Source of the DNA: Peribolospora baueri
Taxonomy: Eukaryota
Length of the DNA: 64,000 nucleotides
Reading direction: 5' to 3'
Assembly: GCA_029717555.1 (NCBI GenBank)
Contig: JAMDHS010000040.1
Location: forward strand, 1 to 64,000
Shown: piece after piece, positions 26,740-39,097 of the stretch
Position numbering within the stretch: position 1 is the stretch's first letter
How the letters are laid out: every line of letters begins with the position of its first letter
Translations under genes and position numbers: made by a program
The notes under the pieces: model-generated
The model's input: the letters and a program-made list of their open reading frames with translations, nothing else
What the model was told of the DNA's origin: nothing
The model's database searches: none

Positions 26740-28080
26740 TCCGGGCGGCGTCGTCGTCGTCGTCGTCGCCCTCGCCCTCTCGTTCTTGCCTGCGTGGCGT
26801 CGTGCGGTGTATCTCGTTTGAGGGTGGATGGTTTGTCTCACCGGTATAAAGCGGATGTAGATAGATGCCCGCCGGAGCAAAGCACCTTGGGACCGTGCGT
26901 GTTATTATGCGATGCGATGCCATGCCGTGCCACCACGAACGCGCCGGGGCGTCCTTTCTCGGTTGCGCCGGCGGTTATTTCATTTCATTTCATCGTCTCC
27001 GTCTTCGTCTCCGTATTTATGTTTATTTTTATTTACTGCGCGCGGTGTACCTTTTTGCTCTCGTCATTCGAAACAACGAGGATGCCTGCAACGCCTTGCC
27101 TGCTCGCGTGCGCTTGCTTGCGCTTGCCCACGCGGTCGGCCCGCTCGGCAGGCGGCGATCGCTGGGCTGTGTTCGGTCAGGAACGAGGAACGGCCGGCTG
27201 GCCCGCGCGGGGCGGTGTGAGATGTGGTAAGCAGGGCAGAAAGGGCACGCATGTCTCGGCGACGTGCTTCCGTCGTCGTCGTCGTCGTTGCGTTGCTGGG
27301 CACGCGGCGGAGGAAAAGCGGAGGGGGATGGATCGACGTGGAAGAGGGACGAGGGCGACTTGGTCGATTCTGAACCGTTTTCTATCCTTTTCTATTCCTT
27401 CTTTTCTTCCTTTCTTTCTTTCGACGAGGGCGACGCGTGAAGGAAGAAAAGAAGGGGCCCAGCACGGCACAGCACATCCTCGTTGCCGCAGCCGCCGCCG
27501 CTTCAGCGCCTGCCGATCTCGCCGGGCGGAAGCGCAGCCAGCCGCCACGGGTTAAGGTGCCGCAGCACGCCGCTAACCCCGTCCGTCGTCAGTTGAAATG
27601 GGTCGAGCAGTGAAATTGTAATTGTAATGGCAATTGCAATTGTAATTGGCCTGGCCGCCGCGGTCGTCAAGCGCCGCTTCTCTGCGTCCGCGTCCGCCGT
27701 CGACTCGCTCGCCGCCTTCACCTCCATAATCCATCCATCATCCATCCACTCCACCTCCATCACCATCGTTCCTCATCCACCACTCCCTCCTCATCCACCA
27801 CTCCCTTGTCGCCATCCACATCCTCCCCTCGGTCGCCCCCCCCCCCGCTCCCTCTCTCCCTCGCGCTCCTTCGACAGGACGCCCCGACGCCCACCCCGAC
27901 GTACGCAGCCAACCCCTCCCCCCTCACCACCACCCGCTACCACGCTCTTTATTCACCGCCTTCGCTTTTCTTTCCTTCGTTCCCCTCCGCCGCCTCCCAC
28001 TGTCTGTACATATCCTCCCGATCGCACACGACAGCCCACACAACACCGGCCCTCTCCCACGGATAACCCAACGAACCGCC

Positions 28081-30702
28081 ATGCCACTCAACCACCCGCC
28101 TCACCACTCCGTCATGTCCTTTCGACGCTCCCCTCCCGCGCCCCCCGGCAGCACCCCCCACCTCAACGTCTTCCAGCGCGACTGTCTGCCCTCGTCCGCC
28201 TGCGCCAACATCCCTCCCTGCCCCCCCTGCAAGTCCGACGAGAAGTGCGAGCAGATCTCCCGGTCTTGCAACTCCTGCGCCGTCAATAAGTGCGTCAAGA
28301 GCCCCGGTGCGTCGTCCTCCGGCGGAGGCTCCTCCAACACCGCCACTCTCGACGGTGTTCTAGGAGGCGTCATCAGCTTCCTTGTCATCGGCGCCATCGT
28401 CTTCTACTTCTGGCATAAGAAGAGGAGGACAAGGAGGACTGCCGAGGCCGCCCGTCGCGCCGCCGTGTCCATGAACGAGAAGAAGAAGAAGGCCGACGGC
28501 ACCGGCGCCGATGAGGCCAGGGCCACCAAGACCACCGGAACCAACGCGCGCCCTGCCAACGCCAACGTGCCCCCCCCGCCGCGAGTGATGATCAACGGTC
28601 AGCCGAGCGAGGGGGCCCATGAGGAGGAGATCGAAGAGATGGACTCGGTCGCCCCCGAAATCGGTCACCGTCCCCTGACCCAGCGCAAGGTCTACGGCGG
28701 CCAATCGGCCAGCAATCGCACCAACGAATCGGACCCGTTCAGCGACGATGCGAGCGTCGCCTCGAGCGGCACCAACATCATCCCCATCGCCTACATGCCC
28801 CCCTCGTCCAGCTCCACCACCCAGGACGCCAAGCGCGGTCCGTTTGGAGACGTCGTCGAACATGACCTCCAGCGGAATGGCCTCCAACCGTCCGTCGACG
28901 ACGTGTACGCCAACAAGCCTTCTGGCCTCACCAGGAACAACTCCAAAGGCCCCATTTCGCCCTCGCCCTCCCGCCCGCAGCGCTCCGCCAACCTCAATCT
29001 CCGTCTGCCGGACGAGGATGGCAAGAAGGACAAGAGGAAGAGCGATGGCTCGTCCCTGCTGTCGCCCGCCATCGCCTCTTCGCTCAATAGCCCCACTTTC
29101 GCCGACGAGCAGAACAGTTTCCTCAACAGCGACCCCAACCGCATGTCAACGTCGACGGTCATGTCCACCGCCACCTACCTCTCCACGGGCACGATGCAGT
29201 ACATGCCCACCATCGTCACCCCCAAGCGAGTCCAGGTCGGTCAGGCCGGCCCCGCGACGATTGTGCGCTCGCTCAGCCAAATCAAGCGCGAGCAGGCAGC
29301 GCCGGCCTCCGCCGGCAACGGTTCCGCCGCCTCGTCCCCGTCCACCTCCGACTCCACCATCCCTCCCGTTCCTCATCACCCCAAGCCCACTTCTCCGCTC
29401 GCCAACGACGTCACCAACCAGGTCTATCAGAACGCCGGTGTGGCCGCCTCCGGCAGCGGTCGTCTTATACCTGGCCGTGCGAACGGAAGCAGCGAGAGCT
29501 TGGTCGACCCATTCTCCGACGCGGCCAGCGTCAGCACGGGCGGCGTAGTGAGCGGACAGGACGACACGCCCCGCCAGAGCGTCGACACGGTCATCAGCGC
29601 CGCTACCACCTTTGGCGGCGGCCCCTTGCCTGCCCCCGCCCGCGGTCCCTCCGATGCGTCCGGCCTCGACAACAACGCCGATGCCGCCGCTCGCCCTCTG
29701 AGCGCGGCGACGACGGCGACGGGCACTTCGAGCAGTGGTTCCTTGTTCTCCCGCTCCACTCAACACGGAACGCCGCGAGCGAGCCAGATGCCGACCGCCG
29801 ACGTCCCGAGCGTGCCCAAGCTTGGCGGCGGCTTCCCTTCGCCCCCCAACCGTCTCGACGGGGAGCAGGACGAATTGCAGGCGCAACAGATGGACCGACC
29901 CGCGCCAAAGGTGTCGACGCCGACCGAAGTGGCCTTCAACCCGACGGACGTCGAAGGAGACTTTTCCGCCCCGCTACCCTCTCCCGCCTCTTTCTCCAAG
30001 TCCTCCCCCAAGACGCGCTTCCCCGTCAACGAAGGCGCTGGCGAGCGCGGCGACCGGACCTCGGTGGCTACCACGTTCACCACGCGTACCACTCGGACGG
30101 TCAACTCGGTGAGCACGGCGAGCGAGATCGACGGCATGAGCGTCCTCGACGGCATCCCCTTCGCTGGCTTCCGCGTGCCGAGCTTCATGAGCACCATGAG
30201 CGGCATCAGCGTACGCACCAACGCCACCGGCCCCTGGGGCGGCACCGAGGCAGACCACCCGCCACTGCCGCCCATGCCGGATTGGACGCCGTCGCCCTCA
30301 CCGAGCACCGCGGGCTTCACCGCCGCCTCGGATCGCAACAGCGCCGCCACGTCCTCCATTTCTACCGCGCCCACCACGCCCGCCGTCACCCCGTCGACGG
30401 CCCACGGCTGGTCTAGCAAGCCGACTACACTGCCTCCCCTTCCCGAGGTTTCCAAAGCCGGAGCGTCCTCGCTCGGCGCAGAGGTAGCTGCTGCGGCCAC
30501 CGCGGCCGCTGCTGAGAGCGGGGCGAAGAAGAGCGCGGGCGACATTGGAGGAGCTGTTGGAGCGCAAGCGGGTTCCAAGATGGCGACGGCGGCGCAGGGC
30601 AACGCGAACAGGGCGAGTCTCGAGACGCTCGCGCTGAGCAACCAGCTTGGCGAGATGAGGGGCATCTTTGCCCTCGCTGAGGGAGAGGAGGTCATCGATT
30701 GA
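28081..30702 (+). CDS. OPY2: Opy2-like single-pass membrane anchor
   Basis: Intronless 873-aa ORF. N-terminal 8-Cys module (CLPSSACANIPPCPPCKSDEKCEQISRSCNSCAVNKC), one TM helix (GVLGGVISFLVIGAIVFYFW) followed by KKRR, then a long Ser/Thr/Pro-rich tail with TNIIPIAY. Confidence 0.8.
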   Translation: MPLNHPPHHSVMSFRRSPPAPPGSTPHLNVFQRDCLPSSACANIPPCPPCKSDEKCEQISRSCNSCAVNKCVKSPGASSSGGGSSNTATLDGVLGGVISFLVIGAIVFYFWHKKRRTRRTAEAARRAAVSMNEKKKKADGTGADEARATKTTGTNARPANANVPPPPRVMINGQPSEGAHEEEIEEMDSVAPEIGHRPLTQRKVYGGQSASNRTNESDPFSDDASVASSGTNIIPIAYMPPSSSSTTQDAKRGPFGDVVEHDLQRNGLQPSVDDVYANKPSGLTRNNSKGPISPSPSRPQRSANLNLRLPDEDGKKDKRKSDGSSLLSPAIASSLNSPTFADEQNSFLNSDPNRMSTSTVMSTATYLSTGTMQYMPTIVTPKRVQVGQAGPATIVRSLSQIKREQAAPASAGNGSAASSPSTSDSTIPPVPHHPKPTSPLANDVTNQVYQNAGVAASGSGRLIPGRANGSSESLVDPFSDAASVSTGGVVSGQDDTPRQSVDTVISAATTFGGGPLPAPARGPSDASGLDNNADAAARPLSAATTATGTSSSGSLFSRSTQHGTPRASQMPTADVPSVPKLGGGFPSPPNRLDGEQDELQAQQMDRPAPKVSTPTEVAFNPTDVEGDFSAPLPSPASFSKSSPKTRFPVNEGAGERGDRTSVATTFTTRTTRTVNSVSTASEIDGMSVLDGIPFAGFRVPSFMSTMSGISVRTNATGPWGGTEADHPPLPPMPDWTPSPSPSTAGFTAASDRNSAATSSISTAPTTPAVTPSTAHGWSSKPTTLPPLPEVSKAGASSLGAEVAAAATAAAAESGAKKSAGDIGGAVGAQAGSKMATAAQGNANRASLETLALSNQLGEMRGIFALAEGEEVID

Positions 30703-31559
30703 GCGCCTCCCCCCGTCTCGTCTCGTCTCGCCTTGTCGCCAGCCCGTTCTCGTCTCGTCGCTCTCTTCGGTGATACCCTTCCCCCGGTACTTTCTCCTGC
30801 TTGGACAGGCCGGTCCCGTCGCCGCGTCCTATACCCGTTTCCTCCAGCCGTTGTCGACTCGCTCGACTCTACTCCCCCTCCGTCCGTCGGTCCATTCCGC
30901 TCGACCGGTCGTTCGCTGGCCCTGGTTGGCCCTTGCCCTCCCACCTCCACCTTCACCTCTGTCATGCCCGCCCGCGCCCTGTCTGCGCGACGGAAAACGA
31001 AATCGCTTTCGTTCGTCTTTCCCTTTTCCCTTTTCCCCTCCCGTCTGTGTGTGTGTCCCCTTGGAAACTGGTCATGTATGTCTAGGCCCCCCTGCCCTCT
31101 TCCTCCTTTTGCTTGTCTCGTCGCACGGGCCGCCCTCCTCCCTTTCTCCTTCCTTGCTTCCTTCCTTTCCCTCCCTCCGTTCCTTTCTTCTCCTTCAGTA
31201 CCTCGCCTCCCCTTCCTTGCTTCCCTTCCGTCCGTTCACCGCCCCGCCCCGCCCCCCCTTCGTCGTTGCGCCTCTCTTGCCATTAACTGCTTTCGGGGCT
31301 AATGGAGAAGGACACTTTCCCTTTCGTTCGTATACACCGTTTCGCTCCCGTGTTCGTCTCCGACGCGCGGAGCGGTGCACATGGTCTTGCTGCGTCGCGT
31401 ATAAGGAAGGAAGGAGGGGCCCAGTCCGGCTGGCGAGTCGACGCTCGACACTCCCGCCGAGCACGACGGCGCCTGAACGACCCCGGGTCGTCCCTCGACA
31501 TACCTACACTCTCCGGCGCCAAGCTGAAGCAGGCGGAGGGCACGTCCGTCACAGATGAG

Positions 31560-31606
31560 ATGACATGGCATGACATGGCATGACATGGCATGACATGGCA
31601 TGACAT
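31560..31606. repeat. tandem decamer (ATGACATGGC)x4.7
   Basis: Perfect 10-bp tandem repeat between the convergent OPY2-like and CAB2 genes. Confidence 0.9.
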
Positions 31607-31871
31607 TTGGAGGGCACCTGTCTCTGACCGGGGCGGGCGGAAGAGGGAGCGTTGAGCACACGGAAGGAAGGAAGGAAGGAAGGAACCCGCGTCCCTCCCG
31701 GGCTTTCTTCATGTTCCGCACGCTCGTACGGAATGCGGACGACGAAACAGCGCCTCCTCACAGGGAGGGAGGATAAACCGGCGGGAAGAAACGGTTTTCC
31801 GACAATGTCGTGTGGCAAAATGTGGTCCGTTCTTCCATCTATATGCGCGTATGTGTACTCGGACAACAACA

Positions 31872-33771
31872 TCAAGCCCTCCTCGCTTCCTCCGCCGCTT
31901 CTCCCTCCCGGATCCACCTCCCATGCCGGGAAACCAGTTCCCGCACAATGTCCTCCTCGATCTCCCTCTCGCCCGCCAAGCCGTGTCCCTTTGCGTCAAG
32001 CTCTAACCGGATCCACGTGGTGACAAAGCCCGCACCGACACCGACACCGACCTGGCCGTCCGACCCATCTTCTCTTCTTCCTTGACGGTTGTTCGCCGCG
32101 CCCGACCCGGATCCGTCGGCGGCCGGCTCCTCTGACGGAGACACATCCCGTCTCCTCTCCACGAACACCACCTCGTGCTTGCGCGTCTGCAGCGTGTTGC
32201 CGATCACCACCTGGTGGCCGTACCGCTCCAGCGCTTGGCACGCTTTCGGAACGAGCAGCGCCCGATCGGTCTCGAGCTTTAGTGGGAAAGACCGCGGTGT
32301 TAGATAAAAGAGTCGGTACAAAGCGGGCAGTTGTGTGAGACGAACGAGAGCGAATGCACGCGCGGAGGATCGGACGCTGGTCACAAGTAGGTCGAATATG
32401 CACGGACGGTTTGGGCAAGCAAACCCGTGAGAGCTCACCTTGAAGGAAACGACATACCCTTCCGGCGTCCACTCTTGTACCATCGGCTTGAGCACCTTGG
32501 GCACCTGATCCATCTCTATCGACAGACTGCCCTTGCCAGACTGGATCTTATGCTCCGACTGAGCTCGTCATCAGAAACGGGTCGAACGACAAGTCAGGAC
32601 GGTAAACGGACGAGGAAAGACGAGAGTGAGAATTTCGAACGACTCACCATCCTCTGAGTAGGCACAAAGAAATCGCTGACGGCAGCAGCGAGGTAATACA
32701 TTCCAGCTCTCCCCAGCCCGCTCATCACGGAGCTCATCTCCCTCAGCAGGAAGAGATACTCGTTGACGGTGACAAAGGGTATGGAGAGCAGCGTATGCTC
32801 GCGCTGTGCTTTTTTGTGGCATCGGAGGATGGGTAGCAAGGAGAAGGCGAGGTGGGACGAGACGCGGATGTCTGTCGCCGTGGCACTCCCGTCCCGGTTG
32901 CCACCCTCGTCCGTGCCCGCAGGTGCCTCTTCAAGGAGGTCGAGAAATGGCTTAAAGGTGTGAGAGTAGTGGCGAGTGTACGGCTGTAGCGAGTGTTGGC
33001 GGTGCATGAAAATGACCGCGTAACCGGAGGAGAGGAAGTACTCGGCTGACGTGGCGCCTCGGGTGCCTGCGTTATGCCCACGAGACCGAGAAGAGGTGCG
33101 AGAGGAGCACGTTAGATCATGAGAGGGATGCACCTCAACGGCTACAGCCAAAGAGACGGACGGACCTGCGCTGAAGTTGTCGAGGAAACGGACCCTGGGG
33201 AGGGGTGGAAAGAGAGCAACACCGACCCGAGTTAGGAGACGACGTCAGGTGCAAGCGGCGGCGGCAGGTGCGTAGCGTGTCTTCTTACACATTGTGTTCC
33301 AATGGAACCGTCGTCCCTCCGCTCTGCCCATTCGCGGATACACATAAAAGAGAGAGAAAAGCAACAAGAATTGTCAAACAGACGAGTGAGTACTATGCAA
33401 TCAGGAAGAGAATATGGAGGCCAGGAAAGGCGGAACAATGTCCTTGCGGCCCTACGAAGGAGACGGCCACCGCATCCACCCAAGCTCCCAGCGACAGCAC
33501 GTCCTCGAAACCAACCCCGCTCCTTCCCATGGCTCACCGTGACAAGAACGACCCGCCTCGCTTCTCTCTTATGCCTCTCCACAAAATCCCTCGCCGCCTT
33601 GGCATGCTCCTTGAGGCCAGCGGGTGGAGCTTGCGTCTCGAAGTATTGCTCCGTGCTGAACCCACCCCCGCTCCCGCCGTCGCCCTCGATGGCGGTGTCG
33701 CCGCCGGCGACGGCTGGCTTCGAGGCAACCGGGGCCCGAGATGAGGGAGTCGGCGTGAGGCTGGGGGGCAT
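31872..33771 (-). CDS. CAB2: phosphopantothenate-cysteine ligase
   Basis: [67 protein letters not shown]. Confidence 0.94.
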
Positions 33772-34046
33772 GGCGAGCCGAGTTCGGGCTCCGTATCGTG
33801 GTCCGTGCTGACGAGGAGGAGTTAAGGCCGACAGCGTACATTCACTGCAGCGCAGGTGGCCAGATCATGCGATGTCACGTGCTGGACCGGAACTCGGCCA
33901 TGCGGCGAACCGGTGCAGGCTCGCAGCGGGGCCCCCGCGTACTTTCATGAGCGGACTCGACTGAAACGTCTTCGACCCGCCAACCGACCGACTTTTGCTA
34001 CCCTTTCTGAGCGACCTGGACAAACGACCACTCACATCCTTTCAAC

Positions 34047-35561
34047 ATGCCTCAAGACGCCTCCGCCTCCGACACAATTCCCGACCTCTCCGCCAAGCGC
34101 ATCTTCGGTGTCGCGGGAAAGATCTGTCTCGTCACTGGAGGCGGGACCGGCATCGGGCTGAGTGCGTGATACGACGTTGCGCCAGGTCGCACTCAGAGAT
34201 AGAGCTCTCCTCGGTTAATTCACACATGTATGTGTTCTATTTGCGCTTGCAGTGATAGCCACGGCGCTCGTTCAAAATGGTGCCAAAGGTGAGTGGCCGC
34301 GCGTGTCTAGCATCGGTCTTCTCTGACGCCAGGCGCTTGTTCGTTATTTGCCTATCGCCTCGTCTTCAGTCTACATCGCCTCTCGCAAGCTCCCCGCTCT
34401 TGAGGAAACTGCACGCAAACTCTCCCTTCTTTCTCCATACGTCTCGGACTACACCGCCACGCCTCACTGCATCGCCCTTCAATCCGACCTCACCACCAAG
34501 GCAGGTTGCGATGCCCTGGCGGAGGAGATCAAGAAGAGGGAGAAGAGGCTGGATGTGCTCGTGAACAATAGCGGGGTGGCTTGGGGACAGGAATTGGAAA
34601 AGTTTGACGAGAAGAAGGGTTGGTGAGTACAATTACCTTCTGAACTCGGGCGCCGGTCCCACATCGCCATTAACATGCTCATCGCTCGTCTTTCGCAATC
34701 TCAGGGATCAAGTATTCGCTTTGAACGTCAAAGCCCCCTTTTACCTTACAGTGGCGTGAGTCGGGGTTCCACGATCGGGTCCCCATATTTGCAGTACCTG
34801 CAGCACAACCATGCTTGTCGCATCGCCGCTTTTCGACATCGTTGACCAGTTCCGTTGTCTGAACTTTACGTCAGCCTCGTACCATTGCTCGAAGTCGGAA
34901 AAGACAACCTGGACCCGGCGAACGTGATCAACATCTCCTCCCTCGTTGCCTTCCACCCCGTCGCTGAGCAGAAGGTTGCTGCGCCTGGGACAGGCACCTA
35001 TAGCTGTGAGTACATCACAGGGATCCACGACCGCTGGCTCTTGCACGGCTTGAAACCGTCTCTAACTGAAACGTCATGTGCGCTTCCTACGTCGTCACTC
35101 GTCCGTAGACAACCCCTCCAAAGCCGCTATTGCTCACCTTACTCGCACTTTGGCGCAAACGCTCTCCGACCATCATATCAATGTCAATGCCATCGCTCCG
35201 GGAGTGAGTGCTATGTCTTTGCTCTGGCGTTTACTCGACCGTTGCTTTTCGGTCAAGCTGTTGTGGGCTGTTTGTGTCTCCACACCATTGACCATTACAT
35301 TTCGTTCCCCGCGTACCGCGCCCGTCCTTTCACCAGTACTTCCCTTCTCGTATGACCGCCTACGGTCTGAGCAACGCTGAAGAAGAGCTCCTTGAGGACC
35401 AGCCGACGGGGAGGCTTGGCACTCCGGAGGACATCGCTGGCGCGGCTCTGTTTCTCTCCTCGCGCGCTTCTTCCCACATCAAAGGCTGCAATGTCGTCGT
35501 CGATGGGGGCACTGTGCTCTATGATTCTGTCAAGGGGAGGGCGATGAAGGCCGCGCTTTGA
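34047..35561 (+). CDS. short-chain dehydrogenase/reductase
   Basis: CLVTGGGTGIGL, LDVLVNNSG, VINISS, spliced YNPSK (YxxxK), NVNAIAPG, GRLGTPEDIAG, VDGG. Confidence 0.92.
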
Positions 35562-35799
35562 TGAGCTGGCAGCGTCTAGAGGCCAGAGGCTGGTCGACAC
35601 CTCCTGGGCAGTCGCTTCCGTGGACGATCTTTTTGGCGTCTCCTCGTAGATACTACAGGCCGGTGGCCGTCGAAACGAATATATCTTGCAGGTAGCGGGC
35701 GACCCGCGTCCGTATACCACGTTGCACTGGTGCGTCGTACCTGTCGCTGTTCTTCCTTTCCCGTCGCACCGGACGGATGAGCTGTTCTTCCCGGTCGCC

Positions 35800-36699
35800 C
35801 CGGACGCGTGGGCTGTTTTAAAGCGTTAATAGAATGCATGCTCCTTTAAATCCCATCCGGGGATTCATTAAATCCGACCGGTATTCGTTCCCTTCTCGTC
35901 CACTTCCTACGCAATGGGCATTCTTCCTCTTCTACCACCATCTCACAGCAGCACACCAGACGGATGCAGTCAGAACATGGAAATGTTGTGAATCGGCCCA
36001 TCATATTCGCTTTCAATCAAGACACTTACTCCTCTACGCCAATTTCTCTAGATCTTTACGGTTTCCGAACATCTGCCTGGGTCATCCCTGTCCCAACGTC
36101 TCGCTTGGGCTTCACAACTCTCTTCGGCTGTCCTCCACGTTCATCGGGCCGGTAAAACGTACCACGGCGACCTCAAAGTGGGCAACGTCGTCCTGGCCGC
36201 GCCTCCACCCCACCATCCAGGTCGCATCGTCCTCATCGATTTCGAGCAAGGACGCACGAACAAGCGTGCTCACGCGCCGGAGATCAGAGGTGAATGGGAC
36301 GTTGACGTGGGAAGAGACGGCCGACTAAGCTACCGTCCCTACGAGCGCGCGGGAGGCGGCGTCGGCGAGCAAGAGCAAGAGCGCAAGATGACGTGGGGAA
36401 GCTGGGGAGGGTGGTCCGCCTGGCGAGAGTGGAAGGACATTCCGGAGGCTTTGGAAAGAGCCGAAGTCTATTCGCTAGGGATCGTCCTTGGAGACATCTT
36501 GGCGGGCAGGGATCCAGACGAGGAGGAGGAGGAGGAACAAGTAGGCGCGGGACACGTCGCGGTGCGTATTCCTGCCGCCTGCACCGTCATGGTTGAGCGT
36601 TGCCAATACGCCAATCCCCTGCGCCGGCCTTTGTTGGACGAGGTCGCCGAATTTTTCGCCGAGGCCGCTTCGAGGGAGACCTTTTCTTCTTCTCCTTGA
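35800..36699 (+). pseudogene. degenerate protein kinase-like gene (C-lobe open, N-lobe frameshifted)
   Basis: QRLAWASQLSSAVLHVH...YHGDLKVGNVVL, VLIDFEQG, HAPE, AEVYSLGIVL and NPLRRPLL lie in one frame from ~36050. Upstream pieces (HGNVVNRP) are in other frames. Confidence 0.6.
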
Positions 36700-37197
36700 T
36701 GTTCCGACCGACCGGACCGGCGCATCCGCCTCTACGGTAGCGTACATCAGCCATCCAAAAGCAGACTTGGCCAAAAGCAGACTTGGATAGCTGATGTACC
36801 ATTCTGGTCCAGCAGGGCGATTCGCCCACGCCCGCTCCCCTTGGAGACATCTGTGAGCTGACGCCAAGTCGAGGGTGAAGGCTCCCGAAAGCGGAGATCC
36901 TCTGGCCTTGTAAAGACATCTCGCAGATGCTCACGAGCAATTGCGTCGCTGATTGGCGATGAAAACGTCATGACGATCAACGGCGCAAGTGCTGAGCATA
37001 TTCTGCTCAGGCCTGACAAGTGTACAGAGTGCGGTGTCGTCAGAATCGAGGAGAGTAGGATGACAAGATCGAGAAAACTGACCTTTCAGATTGAACTGGT
37101 ATTCTTTTGAGAGGTCCGGCGCAGTCGTGAACCGAAAAGGTCCACGAAGCTGCCTGGCCCAGGCAATGGATCGGACGCGTGGTTCCAGGCCTCTCGG

Positions 37198-37428
37198 AAA
37201 ATGTGCGAGTGAGACCTGAGCGCCATGGCCTCCCTTGCGTCCCTCTCACTGGTAATGGAAAGGGACGCAAAGCTTCGGCCCGTTTGCAGAGCCGTCTCGT
37301 CGTCTCGCTAAAGATGGAAAGAATAGTGCTGATGGACAAAGGACTGGCAGCGCTGCGCTTGACGTCGGCCACAAAGCTGTCAGGGACGCAAGGGAGGCCA
37401 TGGCGCTCAGGTCTCACTCGCACATTTT
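37198..37428. repeat. perfect 47-bp inverted repeat with 137-bp spacer
   Basis: 37198-37244 AAAATGTGCGAGTGAGACCTGAGCGCCATGGCCTCCCTTGCGTCCCT is the exact reverse complement of 37382-37428. Confidence 0.95.
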
Positions 37429-37692
37429 TTGGATATTCGAGGCGACAGAAAGGCATATTATAAAGGGCTGGAGGCCATTGAAGGGTTTCCTATTCTAGGG
37501 TCGTGGCTTTGAGCCGATGCAAACCGTGCGCGTCATAGTGCCAGGCGTGGCCCGCATAGGAGGCGATAGACAGCGACGCCATAAGGGAATAGACGGGCAA
37601 GAGGTATCAGCAAAGTTGACATGTACGCTGTCCAACGCCAACGCCAGCTATAGCCGTTATGCAAGTTGAACGGCCCGATCCATGTTCGCGCC

Positions 37693-39008
37693 TCATGAAA
37701 GGTGGATGACACAAGCACGCACAGACGAAAGGGTACGACTAGGGTATACGGGGCAGATCGAGCGAGCAGCAAGCAACATCGTCCTTATATTGGCAAGGTG
37801 GCTTGGCGGGCGTATTTCCACTTGCTCGGGCGGCGGTCGCTTCACCGGCGGCTCCTCCGCCTTGACCGCCTCTTCGCCCTTGGCCTTCTTTACGGTTTCC
37901 AGTTTTCCAAAATGGTGGGCAGGATGAGCCTGTGCGGACAGACGTCGACAGCAAAATTAAGAACCCCTCTACAGAAAAAAAAAGAGGAAAAACCTCGCTG
38001 CGCGCACCCTGACGACGGTACCAAACTGCTCGGAGCATGGGGCGGTGGCGGGAGGCAGGATGAACGGCCAGTTGGTGCGCCACTCGAAGACGAGGAGGGC
38101 ACCTCCAAAATAGGTTTTTCTGCCGGCGAACGCGAGGGCGCGAAAGAAAGAAATGCGAAAAGTGAGCTCGTAGAGTCGGACAAGACGCGAGAACGACTCA
38201 CGCGTCCTTCCAGTACTCGCCCCGTGTCCTGTCGTCTTTCCGGCTGCGATAAGGGATAGGGAGAACGAACGATCCGTCGAGAACTCTGCTGGCGCACTCC
38301 ATTCGCAAAGTCGGCTAACTCATCACAAGCACGAGATTCAAGGCAAAAGGGGATACGGCGTCAACAAAAAAAAAAAAAAAAAACACCTCCGCCCGTCGCT
38401 GGTCTCAACCGACTCACTTCGTCCAGCTCCCTGTCGCGGACCCGATCGATGCGCTCAAAGTTGCCCCAGTTCTTGCCCCATCGAGTTTTGGACATGTTCT
38501 TGACCTTGACGGGCAGGTTCCTGTCTGCCCCGGGGATCCACCTCTCAGACGTGAGGCAGCTGAAGGAGGGGGGTGTGCCGAGTCCGAACGCCGATGGAGT
38601 GAGCGCAATGGAAGCGAGGCCTGTGAGCTCATTATGACGGCGACGACATGTCAGAAAGGACGGAGGATCGCCCTCGTCTTCGACCTGGGCCTGAGAGCAA
38701 GGTTGGGTTCGATCAGTCGCTCCCACACAGATGGCGCAAATGAGCGAAGAGTTCAAGCGACCCCGTCACTTTGAGAAAGAGCCTTCATCTTCGCGAGCGA
38801 CGGGGTGAGCAGTAGTGTTCGACGACCTCAAGTAGCGACAGAAACGAAATGAGATGTGACGTAGGCGTTCGGTGGGTGCGCCCTCGCTGGTCGACGCGCT
38901 TGGGCAGCCCAAAGGGCTGTGAGAAGTCGCAGGGGGTGCCGGGGCTGCGGCAAACGCGATCGACCAGCGCCGACTAGGCCTCAGATAGACAAGGTGGTAA
39001 CCGAGCAT
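37693..39008 (-). CDS. hypothetical multi-exon orphan protein (possibly secreted or decaying)
   Basis: Exons join in frame through GT..AG introns: ...KNMSKTRWGKNWGNFERIDRVRDRELDE/PTLRMD/RKDDRTRGEYWKDA/KTYFGGALLVFEWRTNWPF.../AHPAHHFG.... A TATA box lies upstream. The 5' exon connection is unresolved. Confidence 0.45.
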
Positions 39009-39089
39009 ATCGACTGTGAGCTGGTAGATGGTGGTATCTACATGGTGTTCCTCCTCACAGGGAGTACAGACAGTGGGGTCCCCGTCCTC

Positions 39090-39097
39090 TTTATATA
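39090..39097 (-). promoter_or_regulatory. putative TATA box (TATATAAA)
   Basis: Minus-strand TATATAAA about 80 bp upstream of the ATG at 39008. Confidence 0.4.

Noticed and set aside
20133..31558. Many long overlapping or antisense ORFs
   Set aside because: Shadows of GC-rich coding sequence and simple repeats, with no recognisable motifs.
31560..31606. Regular repeat resembling an array
   Set aside because: A simple decamer tandem repeat with no spacers, so not CRISPR-like.
36755..36786. Tandem duplication of CCAAAAGCAGACTTGG
   Set aside because: Two adjacent 16-bp copies, most simply slippage. No element lies between them.
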